This document shows positions 9,341 through 17,041 of a stretch of 20,000 bases of DNA, in pieces. Source of the stretch: an uncultured virus (IMG/VR IMGVR_UViG_3300006120_000016). Taxonomy: Duplodnaviria > Heunggongvirae > Uroviricota > Caudoviricetes. The notes beneath the pieces were generated by a model that was not told the origin of the DNA, made no database searches, and was given only the letters and a program-made list of their open reading frames with translations. Positions within the stretch are counted from its first letter, which is position 1, and each line of letters starts with the position of its first letter. Where the stretch lies: IMG/VR virus record IMGVR_UViG_3300006120_000016; one strand, given 5' to 3'. The position numbers and the translations under genes were made by a program.

Positions 9341-10767
9341 TATGAATAATATGTAAACTTACATTGACCACAATCATATATGATTCTATATTTGTTGTCA
9401 ATCATATTATCAAACTCGCTTTTAGATTCATCATACCCAGAACCTAATAATTTCGATAGTTTATTCTTCTGTGTATTAAAGCGATTAATTCTTATTTTTT
9501 TATCAGTCCAAAAATATCCAATATCAGTATATTTCTCAAATATAAACCCATGATATGCTTCTTTATTTGAATATCTTCTATCGGCATAAGAAACAAGATC
9601 TATATTAATGAACTTAAGTAGTTTTGTCAACCCTCCCACAACCACAGTATCTTTAATTGTGCAGAGACGCAATAATTCTATCTTATCTTTTTCAAACCTA
9701 GATTTACCAATAGTCATCAATTGAGCTAATTCTCCATTATGATATAATCCATAATGTTTTCCAGCAACAAATCCCTGAAGATGATTATTATTCAAAAATT
9801 CCTTGGCCTCTAGACTAGATACCGACATTATATTTGTTTTTCGGGCATGAATTTTATTATTACAAATTCCCAATTTAACTTTGATAATTGATTTCCAAAT
9901 ATCTCGCTTCAATATCCATTCGTCCTCAAATATCCTCAATAATTGTAATCCTTGATCTTCACATTCTATAGACTTTTGTAATGATTTCTTTCGTTCTTTT
10001 ACCGAAACTCTCATATCATATGAATGCCAATAAAGGCCATCAATTTCTATACAAATATTCTTAGATGGAATATGAATGTCAACTTCTTTTCTACCTAGAA
10101 TTTTATCATTGCGTTCATGATAAACACCCAAATCAGTTAGAAATCTAGACAGTTCAACCTCATATAATGAATAATTTGATGTTTGTTTTATCTTAAATCC
10201 ATGAGATTTACAATATGATATTACTGTACCATAATATACCCCCAATTCGTCTGCAATATCTACTGCAGTTCTATTGTTGATAATATACTCATTATACATC
10301 CATTTCTTATCTGTAAGTTTTTCTTGTGTATCAACACTTAAATGATAATTCGTTCTTGTGATAGATAAAATTTTCTTTATTTCTGGTCTTTGAGAATTAT
10401 ATTCATATCCATATTTGTCAAGCATAGTTTGTTTGCGCATTTCATTGGCAGCAATCGCATCCCTTTTAGAATAATGATCGTCAGATCTAACTTTAGTAGA
10501 ACATCCTATGGAACAAAACCGCCTAAATTCAATACCAGCAACATCTTTATTTCTAAACGTATATTCACCACATACTTCACAAGTTGGTGCTTCTGTTATA
10601 CCAACAACCATACATTGAATTTTGAATGATAAATTGTGAACTTCTGTGTTAAACCCATATCCATAGTTCACCACCACATCAAGCAAATTATGCTTAATAA
10701 GATATTTTTCAGAAGTTCTCTTCGCAGGGATCTTACCGTTTACCATAAATAATTCTTTATAATTCAT
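9340..10767 (-). CDS. Putative free-standing homing endonuclease (Vsr/PD-(D/E)xK, Hef-like) with Zn-ribbon, HTH and a C-terminal GNAT/Mom-like region
   Basis: CEVCG...FCSIGC; TMLDKYGYEYNSQ; HTH-like TAVDIADELGVYYGTV; nuclease core EVDIHIPSKNICIEIDGLYWH...LLRIFEDEW; C-terminal HARKT...FLNNNHLQG...ELLRLC...SYADRRYS. AT-rich and antisense to its neighbours. Confidence 0.8.
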   Translation of the reverse strand: MNYKELFMVNGKIPAKRTSEKYLIKHNLLDVVVNYGYGFNTEVHNLSFKIQCMVVGITEAPTCEVCGEYTFRNKDVAGIEFRRFCSIGCSTKVRSDDHYSKRDAIAANEMRKQTMLDKYGYEYNSQRPEIKKILSITRTNYHLSVDTQEKLTDKKWMYNEYIINNRTAVDIADELGVYYGTVISYCKSHGFKIKQTSNYSLYEVELSRFLTDLGVYHERNDKILGRKEVDIHIPSKNICIEIDGLYWHSYDMRVSVKERKKSLQKSIECEDQGLQLLRIFEDEWILKRDIWKSIIKVKLGICNNKIHARKTNIMSVSSLEAKEFLNNNHLQGFVAGKHYGLYHNGELAQLMTIGKSRFEKDKIELLRLCTIKDTVVVGGLTKLLKFINIDLVSYADRRYSNKEAYHGFIFEKYTDIGYFWTDKKIRINRFNTQKNKLSKLLGSGYDESKSEFDNMIDNKYRIIYDCGQCKFTYYS

Positions 10768-10799
10768 ATCATATCTTTCTATGCTGGTTTATATTACAT

Positions 10800-10828
10800 A
10801 GTATATAGAGTCATATAATCAGTGTCAA
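10800..10828 (-). promoter_or_regulatory. Sigma70-type promoter for the antisense endonuclease
   Basis: Minus strand TTGACA (10828-10823), 17-nt spacer, TATACT (10805-10800), about 30 nt upstream of the ATG at 10767. Confidence 0.8.
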
Positions 10829-10830
10829 CA

Positions 10831-10845
10831 TATAAATCATAAATA
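10831..10845 (+). promoter_or_regulatory. Variant late promoter(s) for the gp3-uvsY-uvsW unit
   Basis: Overlapping one-mismatch copies TATAAATC and CATAAATA upstream of the gp3 GGAG SD. Confidence 0.55.
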
Positions 10846-10869
10846 CTCCAATGAATATCGGAGAAAACC

Positions 10870-11421
10870 ATGAATGCACTCACAAACAATCCCGGAAATC
10901 TGAATTTTCTAGGTCAAGTTGGTTTCAGTTTTAAGATCGGAAGATCACCAAATTTTAACTATTTCATTCAGAAAGTGGATTTTCCCGGCGTAACTCTTAC
11001 TCCTGCTGAAATGCCAAATCCATTCGTGAAAACTCCGCTTCCCGGAGATCATCTGGATTATGATGACCTAAATATTACTTTCAAACTTGATGAAAATTTA
11101 AATGGATATTTTGAATTGTATGATTGGATTAAAGCATTAGGTAAGCCTGAAAATTTCAACGAATCTAAAGTCATATATACTACACCAAGATATGATAAAA
11201 ATGCAATTTATTCAGATGCTACTTTAGTCATTCTTGATGGAAATATGAATCCGAATATTTCAATTCAGTTTTATGATGTTCTTCCAGTATATCTATCTGG
11301 GTTTACATTAGAGACAGATGCTAAGGATATTCAATTTATTACTGCCAGTATGAAATTGGCATATAGAAGTTATGATTATGTTTATGTTAATGGGGAAACA
11401 AATAATCCCTATGATGTTTGA
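10870..11421 (+). CDS. gp3: Tail tube terminator / tail completion protein
   Basis: NFL...FSF.I...PNFNYFIQKVDFPG, PLPGDHLDYDDLNITFKLDENL.GYFELYDWI and SDATLVIL; usual position before uvsY. Confidence 0.88.
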   Translation: MNALTNNPGNLNFLGQVGFSFKIGRSPNFNYFIQKVDFPGVTLTPAEMPNPFVKTPLPGDHLDYDDLNITFKLDENLNGYFELYDWIKALGKPENFNESKVIYTTPRYDKNAIYSDATLVILDGNMNPNISIQFYDVLPVYLSGFTLETDAKDIQFITASMKLAYRSYDYVYVNGETNNPYDV

Positions 11422-11438
11422 TATGAGAAAGGTTTATA

Positions 11439-11876
11439 ATGACGCTCGACGAAATCTTCGAAAATTGGTCAAAAGACTCTATTATTGATAAAAATGCACT
11501 TGATAATGAATCTTTAGAAATTCCAAAAATCCACTCAAAATATCTAAAGTTCTTTGCCGTAGAGAGATTGACTCTCCAGCGTCTTGAACAAGAATACAAG
11601 ATATTATTTAAGACAAAGACAGAATATTTTGCTGGTACTTTGGATCTAGATACGATTAAGGAAAATGGATGGGAACCTAATCAGAAGATGATTCTGAAAG
11701 GGGATATTGGTATGCATATTGACGCCGATCCTCAAATTCAGAAATTGTCTCTGAAAATTGGTCTCCAGAAAGAGAAGATAAGTACTCTAGATTCTATTCT
11801 AAAGTCTTTAGCCAATCGCGGTTTCCAGATAAAAAATTCAATTGATTTTACCAAAATGATGAATGGATTGATATGA
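11439..11876 (+). CDS. uvsY: Recombination mediator UvsY
   Basis: WSKDSIID...LDNESLEIPKIHSKYL and NRGFQIKNSIDF; overlaps the uvsW start (ATGA). Confidence 0.93.
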   Translation: MTLDEIFENWSKDSIIDKNALDNESLEIPKIHSKYLKFFAVERLTLQRLEQEYKILFKTKTEYFAGTLDLDTIKENGWEPNQKMILKGDIGMHIDADPQIQKLSLKIGLQKEKISTLDSILKSLANRGFQIKNSIDFTKMMNGLI

Positions 11877-13222
11877 GTGATATTCACCTTAAACATTTTA
11901 ATGAAGTTCATGCCAGAGTAGAATGCGAAGCTGGCCTCTTGATGGAGTTGTCTGATTATCTAACATTCAAAGCAGAAAACTACAAGTTTCATCCAAAATT
12001 TAAAGCGCGTTTGTGGGACGGAAATATATCACTTGTAGGAAGAATGAATAGGCTAGTATATAAAGGTCTGGCACAAAGAATAAAAAAATTCTGTGATGAA
12101 CGAGAGTATTCGTTTTCCTTTGATGATGAGTTTCTATATGAGAATGTTTCCGAACATGAAGTTCTTGATTTTATCAAGACACTAAAACTTCCATTTGAGC
12201 CTAGAGATTATCAGATCGATGCTGTTATTAAATGTCTCAGAAGTAATAGAAGAACTCTAGTTAGTCCGACTTCAAGCGGAAAAAGTCTTATTGCATATAT
12301 TATTACTCAATGGTATAAAAACAAGACTTTAATTATTGTACCAACAATAAATCTGGTGTCTCAGTTGAAATCTGATTTTGAATCTTATGGATATAAAGGC
12401 GTTATTCATACATCATTAGATGGAATTTCTAAAGATAATAATATTCCAGCAGATTTATCAATATCAACTTGGCAATCGCTTGAGCATGGCAAACGAGGAA
12501 TGTCTGCCGAATGGTATGATCAGTTTGATTTAGTTATTGGAGATGAAGTCCACACTTTTAAAGCAACCAGTCTCATAAAAATTCTTGGTAATATGAAAAA
12601 TACCAAATATAGATTTGGCATGACCGGAACTTTAGATGGGCATCCATTAAATGAAGCCACAATTGAAGGATTGTTTGGAGCTAAGTATAAAACAACAACC
12701 ACCAAAGAATTAATGAATCGTGGAGATGTAACTAAACTCAAAATCAAATGCATAGTTCTGAAATATCCAGATGAAATTTGTAAGGAATATTCAAAAGGTA
12801 TATACGATCCTATTACAAAAAAATATAGGAAAAAGACTTATCAAGAAGAAATAGATTTCATCACATCATATCAACCAAGAACCAACTTTATTAAAAATCT
12901 AACTCTGTCACTTAAAGGCAATAAACTAGTATTCTTCAGAATGAAAGAACATGGTAAGGATCTTTATGATGCTATAAGTAGTGATACAAAGCATAATGTA
13001 TTCTATGTTGATGGTGATGTAAAAGGATCTGATAGAGAAAAGATTCGTCATGCTATTGAAGATATACATTATAATATAACTTTACATTTCAATGATGTGA
13101 GTAAAACATTCCCGTCAGGAACAAAGGTATTATTATCTGATGGTTCTGTTAAATTAGTAGAAAATATTACATGTGACGACGATATTTCAGATATATGGAT
13201 ATGTGAAAATATAAATATATAA
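11873..13222 (+). CDS. uvsW: SF2 DNA helicase UvsW, N-terminal fragment with a 50-aa non-helicase tail
   Basis: PRDYQ, Walker A SPTSSGKS, IIVPTINLVSQ, DEVH, GMTGT and motif IV region LVFF. Similarity ends at DREKIRHAIED, before motifs V and VI. Confidence 0.93.
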   Translation: MSDIHLKHFNEVHARVECEAGLLMELSDYLTFKAENYKFHPKFKARLWDGNISLVGRMNRLVYKGLAQRIKKFCDEREYSFSFDDEFLYENVSEHEVLDFIKTLKLPFEPRDYQIDAVIKCLRSNRRTLVSPTSSGKSLIAYIITQWYKNKTLIIVPTINLVSQLKSDFESYGYKGVIHTSLDGISKDNNIPADLSISTWQSLEHGKRGMSAEWYDQFDLVIGDEVHTFKATSLIKILGNMKNTKYRFGMTGTLDGHPLNEATIEGLFGAKYKTTTTKELMNRGDVTKLKIKCIVLKYPDEICKEYSKGIYDPITKKYRKKTYQEEIDFITSYQPRTNFIKNLTLSLKGNKLVFFRMKEHGKDLYDAISSDTKHNVFYVDGDVKGSDREKIRHAIEDIHYNITLHFNDVSKTFPSGTKVLLSDGSVKLVENITCDDDISDIWICENINI

Positions 13223-13225
13223 ATA
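13210..13225 (+). promoter_or_regulatory. Tandem T4 late promoters at the end of uvsW-N
   Basis: TATAAATA-TATAAATA at 13210-13217 and 13218-13225, overlapping the last codons and stop of uvsW-N, 27 nt before the HNH start. Confidence 0.75.
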
Positions 13226-13252
13226 TACCAGTAGTCATAAGAATATATTTAT

Positions 13253-14356
13253 ATGGATTTTATTGAAATTTTTTATAGTGTGTTGGGAACCCCAGATTCT
13301 TTAGACAAGTTAATTGAATATATAGATTATTGTATATCTAATAAGACTGAAGAAATAAATGAAATATATTGTGAAAACCACCATATATTACCAAGAAGTA
13401 TGTTTCCTAACTATATTAATGAAACTTTTAATATAGTTAGATTGCCGTATGCTTCTCACATAGAAGCCCATAAATTATTGGCAATGGCGTATACCATAAA
13501 ACCATTTACTAGACCATTAAATAATATGGTTCCATCTGATGACATCACTCGAAATCTTCTTTCTACAGCACAAAAAAGATGGTGGAAAGAATTATCTGAT
13601 GAAGCCAAGAAACTTTTTGGAGACAACATTTCAAAAAAGAAAATTGATAGGTGGAACTCAATGACAGACGAAGAACAGGATTTGATTAGAGATCATTGCA
13701 AACAAATGTCGTTAACCAGACATGCTAAGGAAGGTTCTGCAGAAATTTTATCTAATCAAATGAAATTACAATGGCAAGATGAAGATTATAGAAATTATAT
13801 GATTCAAAAGGTTATAGATAGATATAATGATCCCGAATATTATGAATTCTTTTGTGAAAGAATGCAATATAGATGGGATAATATGCCTGAAGAAGAAAGA
13901 GAAAAATTCAGAGATAATATGACTATTGTTAATAGAGATATGAATAAAAGAGAAGATGCCGGTAAAAAAATAAAAGCAAAATGGCAAGATGAAGAATATC
14001 TCAAAAACCTAGAAATCGGTAAATCTAATTCCGAAAGAGAACAAAATAGAAGAAAAAATATGGGAAATATACAACTTAAAATTTGGGCAGATCCTATTAA
14101 AAAGGCAGAAAGATTAGAAAAAAGAAAAAAGACAAGAAAGGTTTGGTGGAACAATGGAGTAGATGAAATAAAATCTGTAGATGCTCCAAGAGAAAATTGG
14201 GTACGAGGTCGAAAGAAACCAAGTAAACCACCTAAAGAAAAATCTTCGCCAAAAAAAGTAAAGTGCCCACACTGCGATGTTATAGGGAACATTTCTCCAA
14301 TGCATAGGTGGCATTTTGATAATTGTAAGAAAAGGATTAAAGATGAAACCAACTAA
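13253..14356 (+). CDS. Free-standing HNH homing endonuclease (MobE-like N-terminus) inserted in uvsW
   Basis: YCENHHILPRSM...NIVRL...HIEAHKLLA HNH module; about 7 W/Y-anchored helical repeats; WWNNG...WVRGR; C-terminal CPHC...HRWHFDNC Zn finger. Confidence 0.85.
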   Translation: MDFIEIFYSVLGTPDSLDKLIEYIDYCISNKTEEINEIYCENHHILPRSMFPNYINETFNIVRLPYASHIEAHKLLAMAYTIKPFTRPLNNMVPSDDITRNLLSTAQKRWWKELSDEAKKLFGDNISKKKIDRWNSMTDEEQDLIRDHCKQMSLTRHAKEGSAEILSNQMKLQWQDEDYRNYMIQKVIDRYNDPEYYEFFCERMQYRWDNMPEEEREKFRDNMTIVNRDMNKREDAGKKIKAKWQDEEYLKNLEIGKSNSEREQNRRKNMGNIQLKIWADPIKKAERLEKRKKTRKVWWNNGVDEIKSVDAPRENWVRGRKKPSKPPKEKSSPKKVKCPHCDVIGNISPMHRWHFDNCKKRIKDETN

Positions 14357-14670
14357 GGTAGAAATGGAGGTATGTGACTCGATTCTTATCGGGTCACTTT
14401 TGACTGGGTACAACCTCAACCGGTGTGAACATTAAGAAATTACACCATATGATTGCTGCTTCTCCGTCTAAATCTAAGATTAAAGTTCTTCAGTCTATTG
14501 GTAGAATGCTTCGTCTACACGAATCAAAAGATGAAGCAATTCTCTATGATATTATAGACAACCTTGAATATAAATCACATAAGAATTTTACTTTGAATCA
14601 TTTCTTGGAAAGAATTAAGATATATACTCAAGAGAAGTTCTCTTTTAAACTTTACAATGTAGGATTATAA
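14343..14670 (+). CDS. uvsW: UvsW C-terminal fragment, split across two frames (+1 shift near 14400-14408)
   Basis: ATG 14343 (AAGGA SD) reads MKPTKVEMEVCDSILIGSL, and that frame stops at 14435. The +1 frame from 14404 reads LGTTSTGVNIKKLHHMIAASPSKSKIKVLQSIGRMLRLH (helicase motifs V and VI). Confidence 0.8.
14374..14401 (+). other. 10-bp RNA hairpin followed by UUUU inside the uvsW-C 5' coding region
   Basis: GTGACTCGAT-TCTT-ATCGGGTCAC (one G-U pair), then TTTT. Confidence 0.6.
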
Positions 14671-14671
14671 T

Positions 14672-15109
14672 ATGGAAACGGTGCTTATCAGACTTACTAA
14701 TAATGACAGAATTGCTGGAAAACTCATATATCATAATAATTATATGGTTTCTTTATATGCTCCCATGAGCATTAAAAAGGAACAACATATAATGTTGGAT
14801 GAAGATTCTGATGATCCATCATCTAAAGGATATTATGTTTATACTCCTTATGATCCACTTTCTGATTCAGCTATGGTTGTTTTTGATATCCAACATGTTC
14901 TTACTGTAACTATTCCTAAAGACATTATCGAAAAGTTCTATAATGAGGCTTGGGTTAAATACTATCCTAAATATGAAAACTTCAGGAAATCAATGATTGA
15001 CAGATATGATCTGGAAGATGACTTTCTAGATGATAATGAATTTAATCCAGATAAGCTAAAGGATATGTTCAAAGAGTTTCTAAGTAAACCTAAATCAGAT
15101 AATAAGTAA
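14672..15109 (+). CDS. Hypothetical protein of the type found downstream of uvsW in T4-like phages (possible Sm-like fold)
   Basis: LIRLTNNDRIAGKL...PM...YDPLSD...HVLTV pattern; AGGA SD; synteny. Confidence 0.7.
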   Translation: METVLIRLTNNDRIAGKLIYHNNYMVSLYAPMSIKKEQHIMLDEDSDDPSSKGYYVYTPYDPLSDSAMVVFDIQHVLTVTIPKDIIEKFYNEAWVKYYPKYENFRKSMIDRYDLEDDFLDDNEFNPDKLKDMFKEFLSKPKSDNK

Positions 15110-15133
15110 TATTATTTTCAACCCTATAATAGG

Positions 15134-15161
15134 AGTATATCATACTTACAAACCATGTCAA
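15134..15161 (-). promoter_or_regulatory. Antisense sigma70-like promoter with no cognate ORF
   Basis: Minus strand TTGACA (15161-15156), 16-nt spacer ending TGA, TATACT (15139-15134); extended -10 (TGn). Confidence 0.5.
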
Positions 15162-15216
15162 GAGAGATTTGGTGTAAAATAAAGTTTATTTTTCTATTCG
15201 GCATAGAAGATATGTG

Positions 15217-15225
15217 TGGTATAGT
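15217..15225 (+). promoter_or_regulatory. Extended -10 promoter element upstream of gp55
   Basis: TGGTATAGT (TGn-TATAGT) 23 nt before the ATG; no good -35 box (TTCGGC). Confidence 0.45.
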
Positions 15226-15248
15226 GTTGTTTAAGGTAAGGAGATATT

Positions 15249-15812
15249 ATGGTAAAGAAAAAGGCTTCTGTTTATTATATTGATAATAAAAGATTTTATC
15301 AAGAAATCAAAGATTATATTCACCTTTGCCGAGAAGCAGATGAAAGAGGTGATATTAAGCCAATTATCCCCAACTATATTGGGGAATGTTTTTATAAGAT
15401 CGCTACAAAATTAGCTAATCGACCAAACTTCTCATCATATTCTTATAAAGATGAAATGATCGGTGATGCCATCGAAAATTCTGTAAATTATGTTTCTACG
15501 TTTGATCCAGACAGAGGAAGCAATCCATTTGCATTTTTTACTCAGACTGCTTGGAATGCATTTGTTGCAAGAATCAATAAAGAAAAGAAACAGCAGTATG
15601 TTAAATACAAAGGTATGGAGCATATGATTATTCATAACAATAATTTTTCTGCTCAAGTATCAGATGTACCTCACGCCCTTTCATCAGAATTTTATGAGAA
15701 CACACAAAAGTTCATTGCCTCTTATGAAGAAGGTATTGAAAACGCAAAACTAAAGAAAGAAGCAAAGCTCCAAGAAAAAAGAGGATTGGAGAATTTTATA
15801 GAGGATGTATAA
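15249..15812 (+). CDS. gp55: Late-transcription sigma factor
   Basis: YYIDNKRF, IPNYIGECFYKIATKLANRPNFSSYSYKDEMIGDAIEN, FDPDRGSNPFAFFTQ..WNAFVARINKEKKQ. Confidence 0.96.
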   Translation: MVKKKASVYYIDNKRFYQEIKDYIHLCREADERGDIKPIIPNYIGECFYKIATKLANRPNFSSYSYKDEMIGDAIENSVNYVSTFDPDRGSNPFAFFTQTAWNAFVARINKEKKQQYVKYKGMEHMIIHNNNFSAQVSDVPHALSSEFYENTQKFIASYEEGIENAKLKKEAKLQEKRGLENFIEDV

Positions 15813-15814
15813 AC

Positions 15815-15976
15815 ATGTTAAAGTATGATAATGTACCAGTATTAATTAGACAGATGGGTGATAACGCTCTTGATAAAAGCAATCGTCAAGATGTAAGATT
15901 TAATTATGTCCAGACAATTAGAAATATCAAAGAATATTGTGATCATATTATTGCGAAATATGAAGGAAGAAAGTGA
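15815..15976 (+). CDS. Small hypothetical protein (53 aa; not in the ORF track)
   Basis: MLKYDNVPVLIRQMGDNALDKSNRQDVRFNYVQTIRNIKEYCDHIIAKYEGRK. GAGG SD; fills the gp55-gp47 gap exactly, with a GTGA overlap into gp47. Confidence 0.75.
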   Translation: MLKYDNVPVLIRQMGDNALDKSNRQDVRFNYVQTIRNIKEYCDHIIAKYEGRK

Positions 15977-17037
15977 CTAAAATTGCTCTGATTACGGATC
16001 AACATTTTGGATCGCGTGGTGATGCAGATGTTATGCACAATCACTTTCAAAGATTTTATGAGAATGTATTTTTTCCTTATTTGAAAGAAAACGATATAGA
16101 TACTGTAGTGGATTTGGGCGATACTTTTGATAGAAGAAAGTTTATCAACTTTGTTTCATTGAAGCGTTGTCGTGAATATTGGTTTGATCCTATCCGGGAG
16201 AACAATATAAATCTGCATTTAATTGTGGGCAATCATTGCACCTCATATAAAAATACAAATGAAGTAAACTCGCCGGATCTACTTCTAGGTGAATATGATA
16301 TTGGAGTATATTCTTCTCCTACAGAAATAGATATTCGTGGTCATAAAATAGTTATGATGCCATGGATCTGTGATGATAACAGAGAGCAGGCTCTGGACAT
16401 TATTGAGAAGTCAAATGCTGATATTCTTCTAGGACACCTAGAACTGGATGGATTTGAGATGCACAGAGGACAGCCACATCACGGTGGTATGGAAGCAAAT
16501 GTATTTTCAAAGTTTCATCTTGTTCTGTCTGGACATTTCCACCACCGATCAACTTCTCGCAACATCACATATCTTGGATGTCCATATGAAATGTCATGGA
16601 GCGATTATAATGATCCAAAGGGGTTTCATGTGCTTGATCTTGAAACAAAAGAGTTGACATTTATTGAGAATCCGTATAAACTGTTTCATAAGGTCAAGTA
16701 TGACGATAATAAGTGGAAAGATTCGGATCAACTGAAGTCTTTCGATTTCTCGTATCTGAAGGATTCTTACGTCAAGGTGATTGTCATCAACAAGACAAAT
16801 CCTTATTGGTTTGATCTATTTGTTGATAAGATCGAAAAGGAAAATCCTATTCAAGTTCAGGTGGTTGATGATAACTTGAATCTAGATTTGGTTGATGACG
16901 AAGATATTCTAGAAAATGTGGATGATACCTTGACTATTCTACATAACTCCATAGATAATATGGCAACAGATGTTGACAAGAAAAGACTTGACAATTTGTT
17001 CAAATCACTGTACAGTTCCGCCCTTGATATAGGATAA
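15973..17037 (+). CDS. gp47: Recombination endonuclease subunit (Mre11/SbcD-like)
   Basis: Metallophosphoesterase motifs ITDQHFG, LGDTFDRR, VGNH, GHLEL and SGHFHH. Confidence 0.96.
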   Translation: MTKIALITDQHFGSRGDADVMHNHFQRFYENVFFPYLKENDIDTVVDLGDTFDRRKFINFVSLKRCREYWFDPIRENNINLHLIVGNHCTSYKNTNEVNSPDLLLGEYDIGVYSSPTEIDIRGHKIVMMPWICDDNREQALDIIEKSNADILLGHLELDGFEMHRGQPHHGGMEANVFSKFHLVLSGHFHHRSTSRNITYLGCPYEMSWSDYNDPKGFHVLDLETKELTFIENPYKLFHKVKYDDNKWKDSDQLKSFDFSYLKDSYVKVIVINKTNPYWFDLFVDKIEKENPIQVQVVDDNLNLDLVDDEDILENVDDTLTILHNSIDNMATDVDKKRLDNLFKSLYSSALDIG

Positions 17038-17041
17038 TTAT

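Noticed and set aside
13246..13253. Minus-strand TATAAATA at the HNH start
   Set aside because: Very AT-rich context and no downstream minus-strand gene; probably chance.
13840..14352. 170-aa minus-strand ORF (also 13766-13987 and 14114-14419)
   Set aside because: F/L/S-rich antisense shadows of the A-rich HNH gene, with no recognisable motifs.
13106..14375. Canonical split intein in uvsW
   Set aside because: No Cys/Ser1 at the junction, no TxxH and no C-terminal (H)N before the Cys, and both parts are too short; reported instead as a non-canonical module.
14397..14404. prfB-type CTT-TGA +1 frameshift site
   Set aside because: The in-frame reading is CTT TTG. The TGA is in the +1 frame, so a prfB-style slip at CTT would land directly on a stop.
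13070..14406. A single group I or II intron spanning the whole uvsW interruption
   Set aside because: I could not see a P7 core or domain V. The interval is almost fully protein-coding, and the needed helicase strand DSILIGSL lies inside it.
16225..16242. gp47 GNHC in place of GNHD
   Set aside because: The residue after GNH varies among gp47 homologues, and the metal-binding motifs are otherwise intact.
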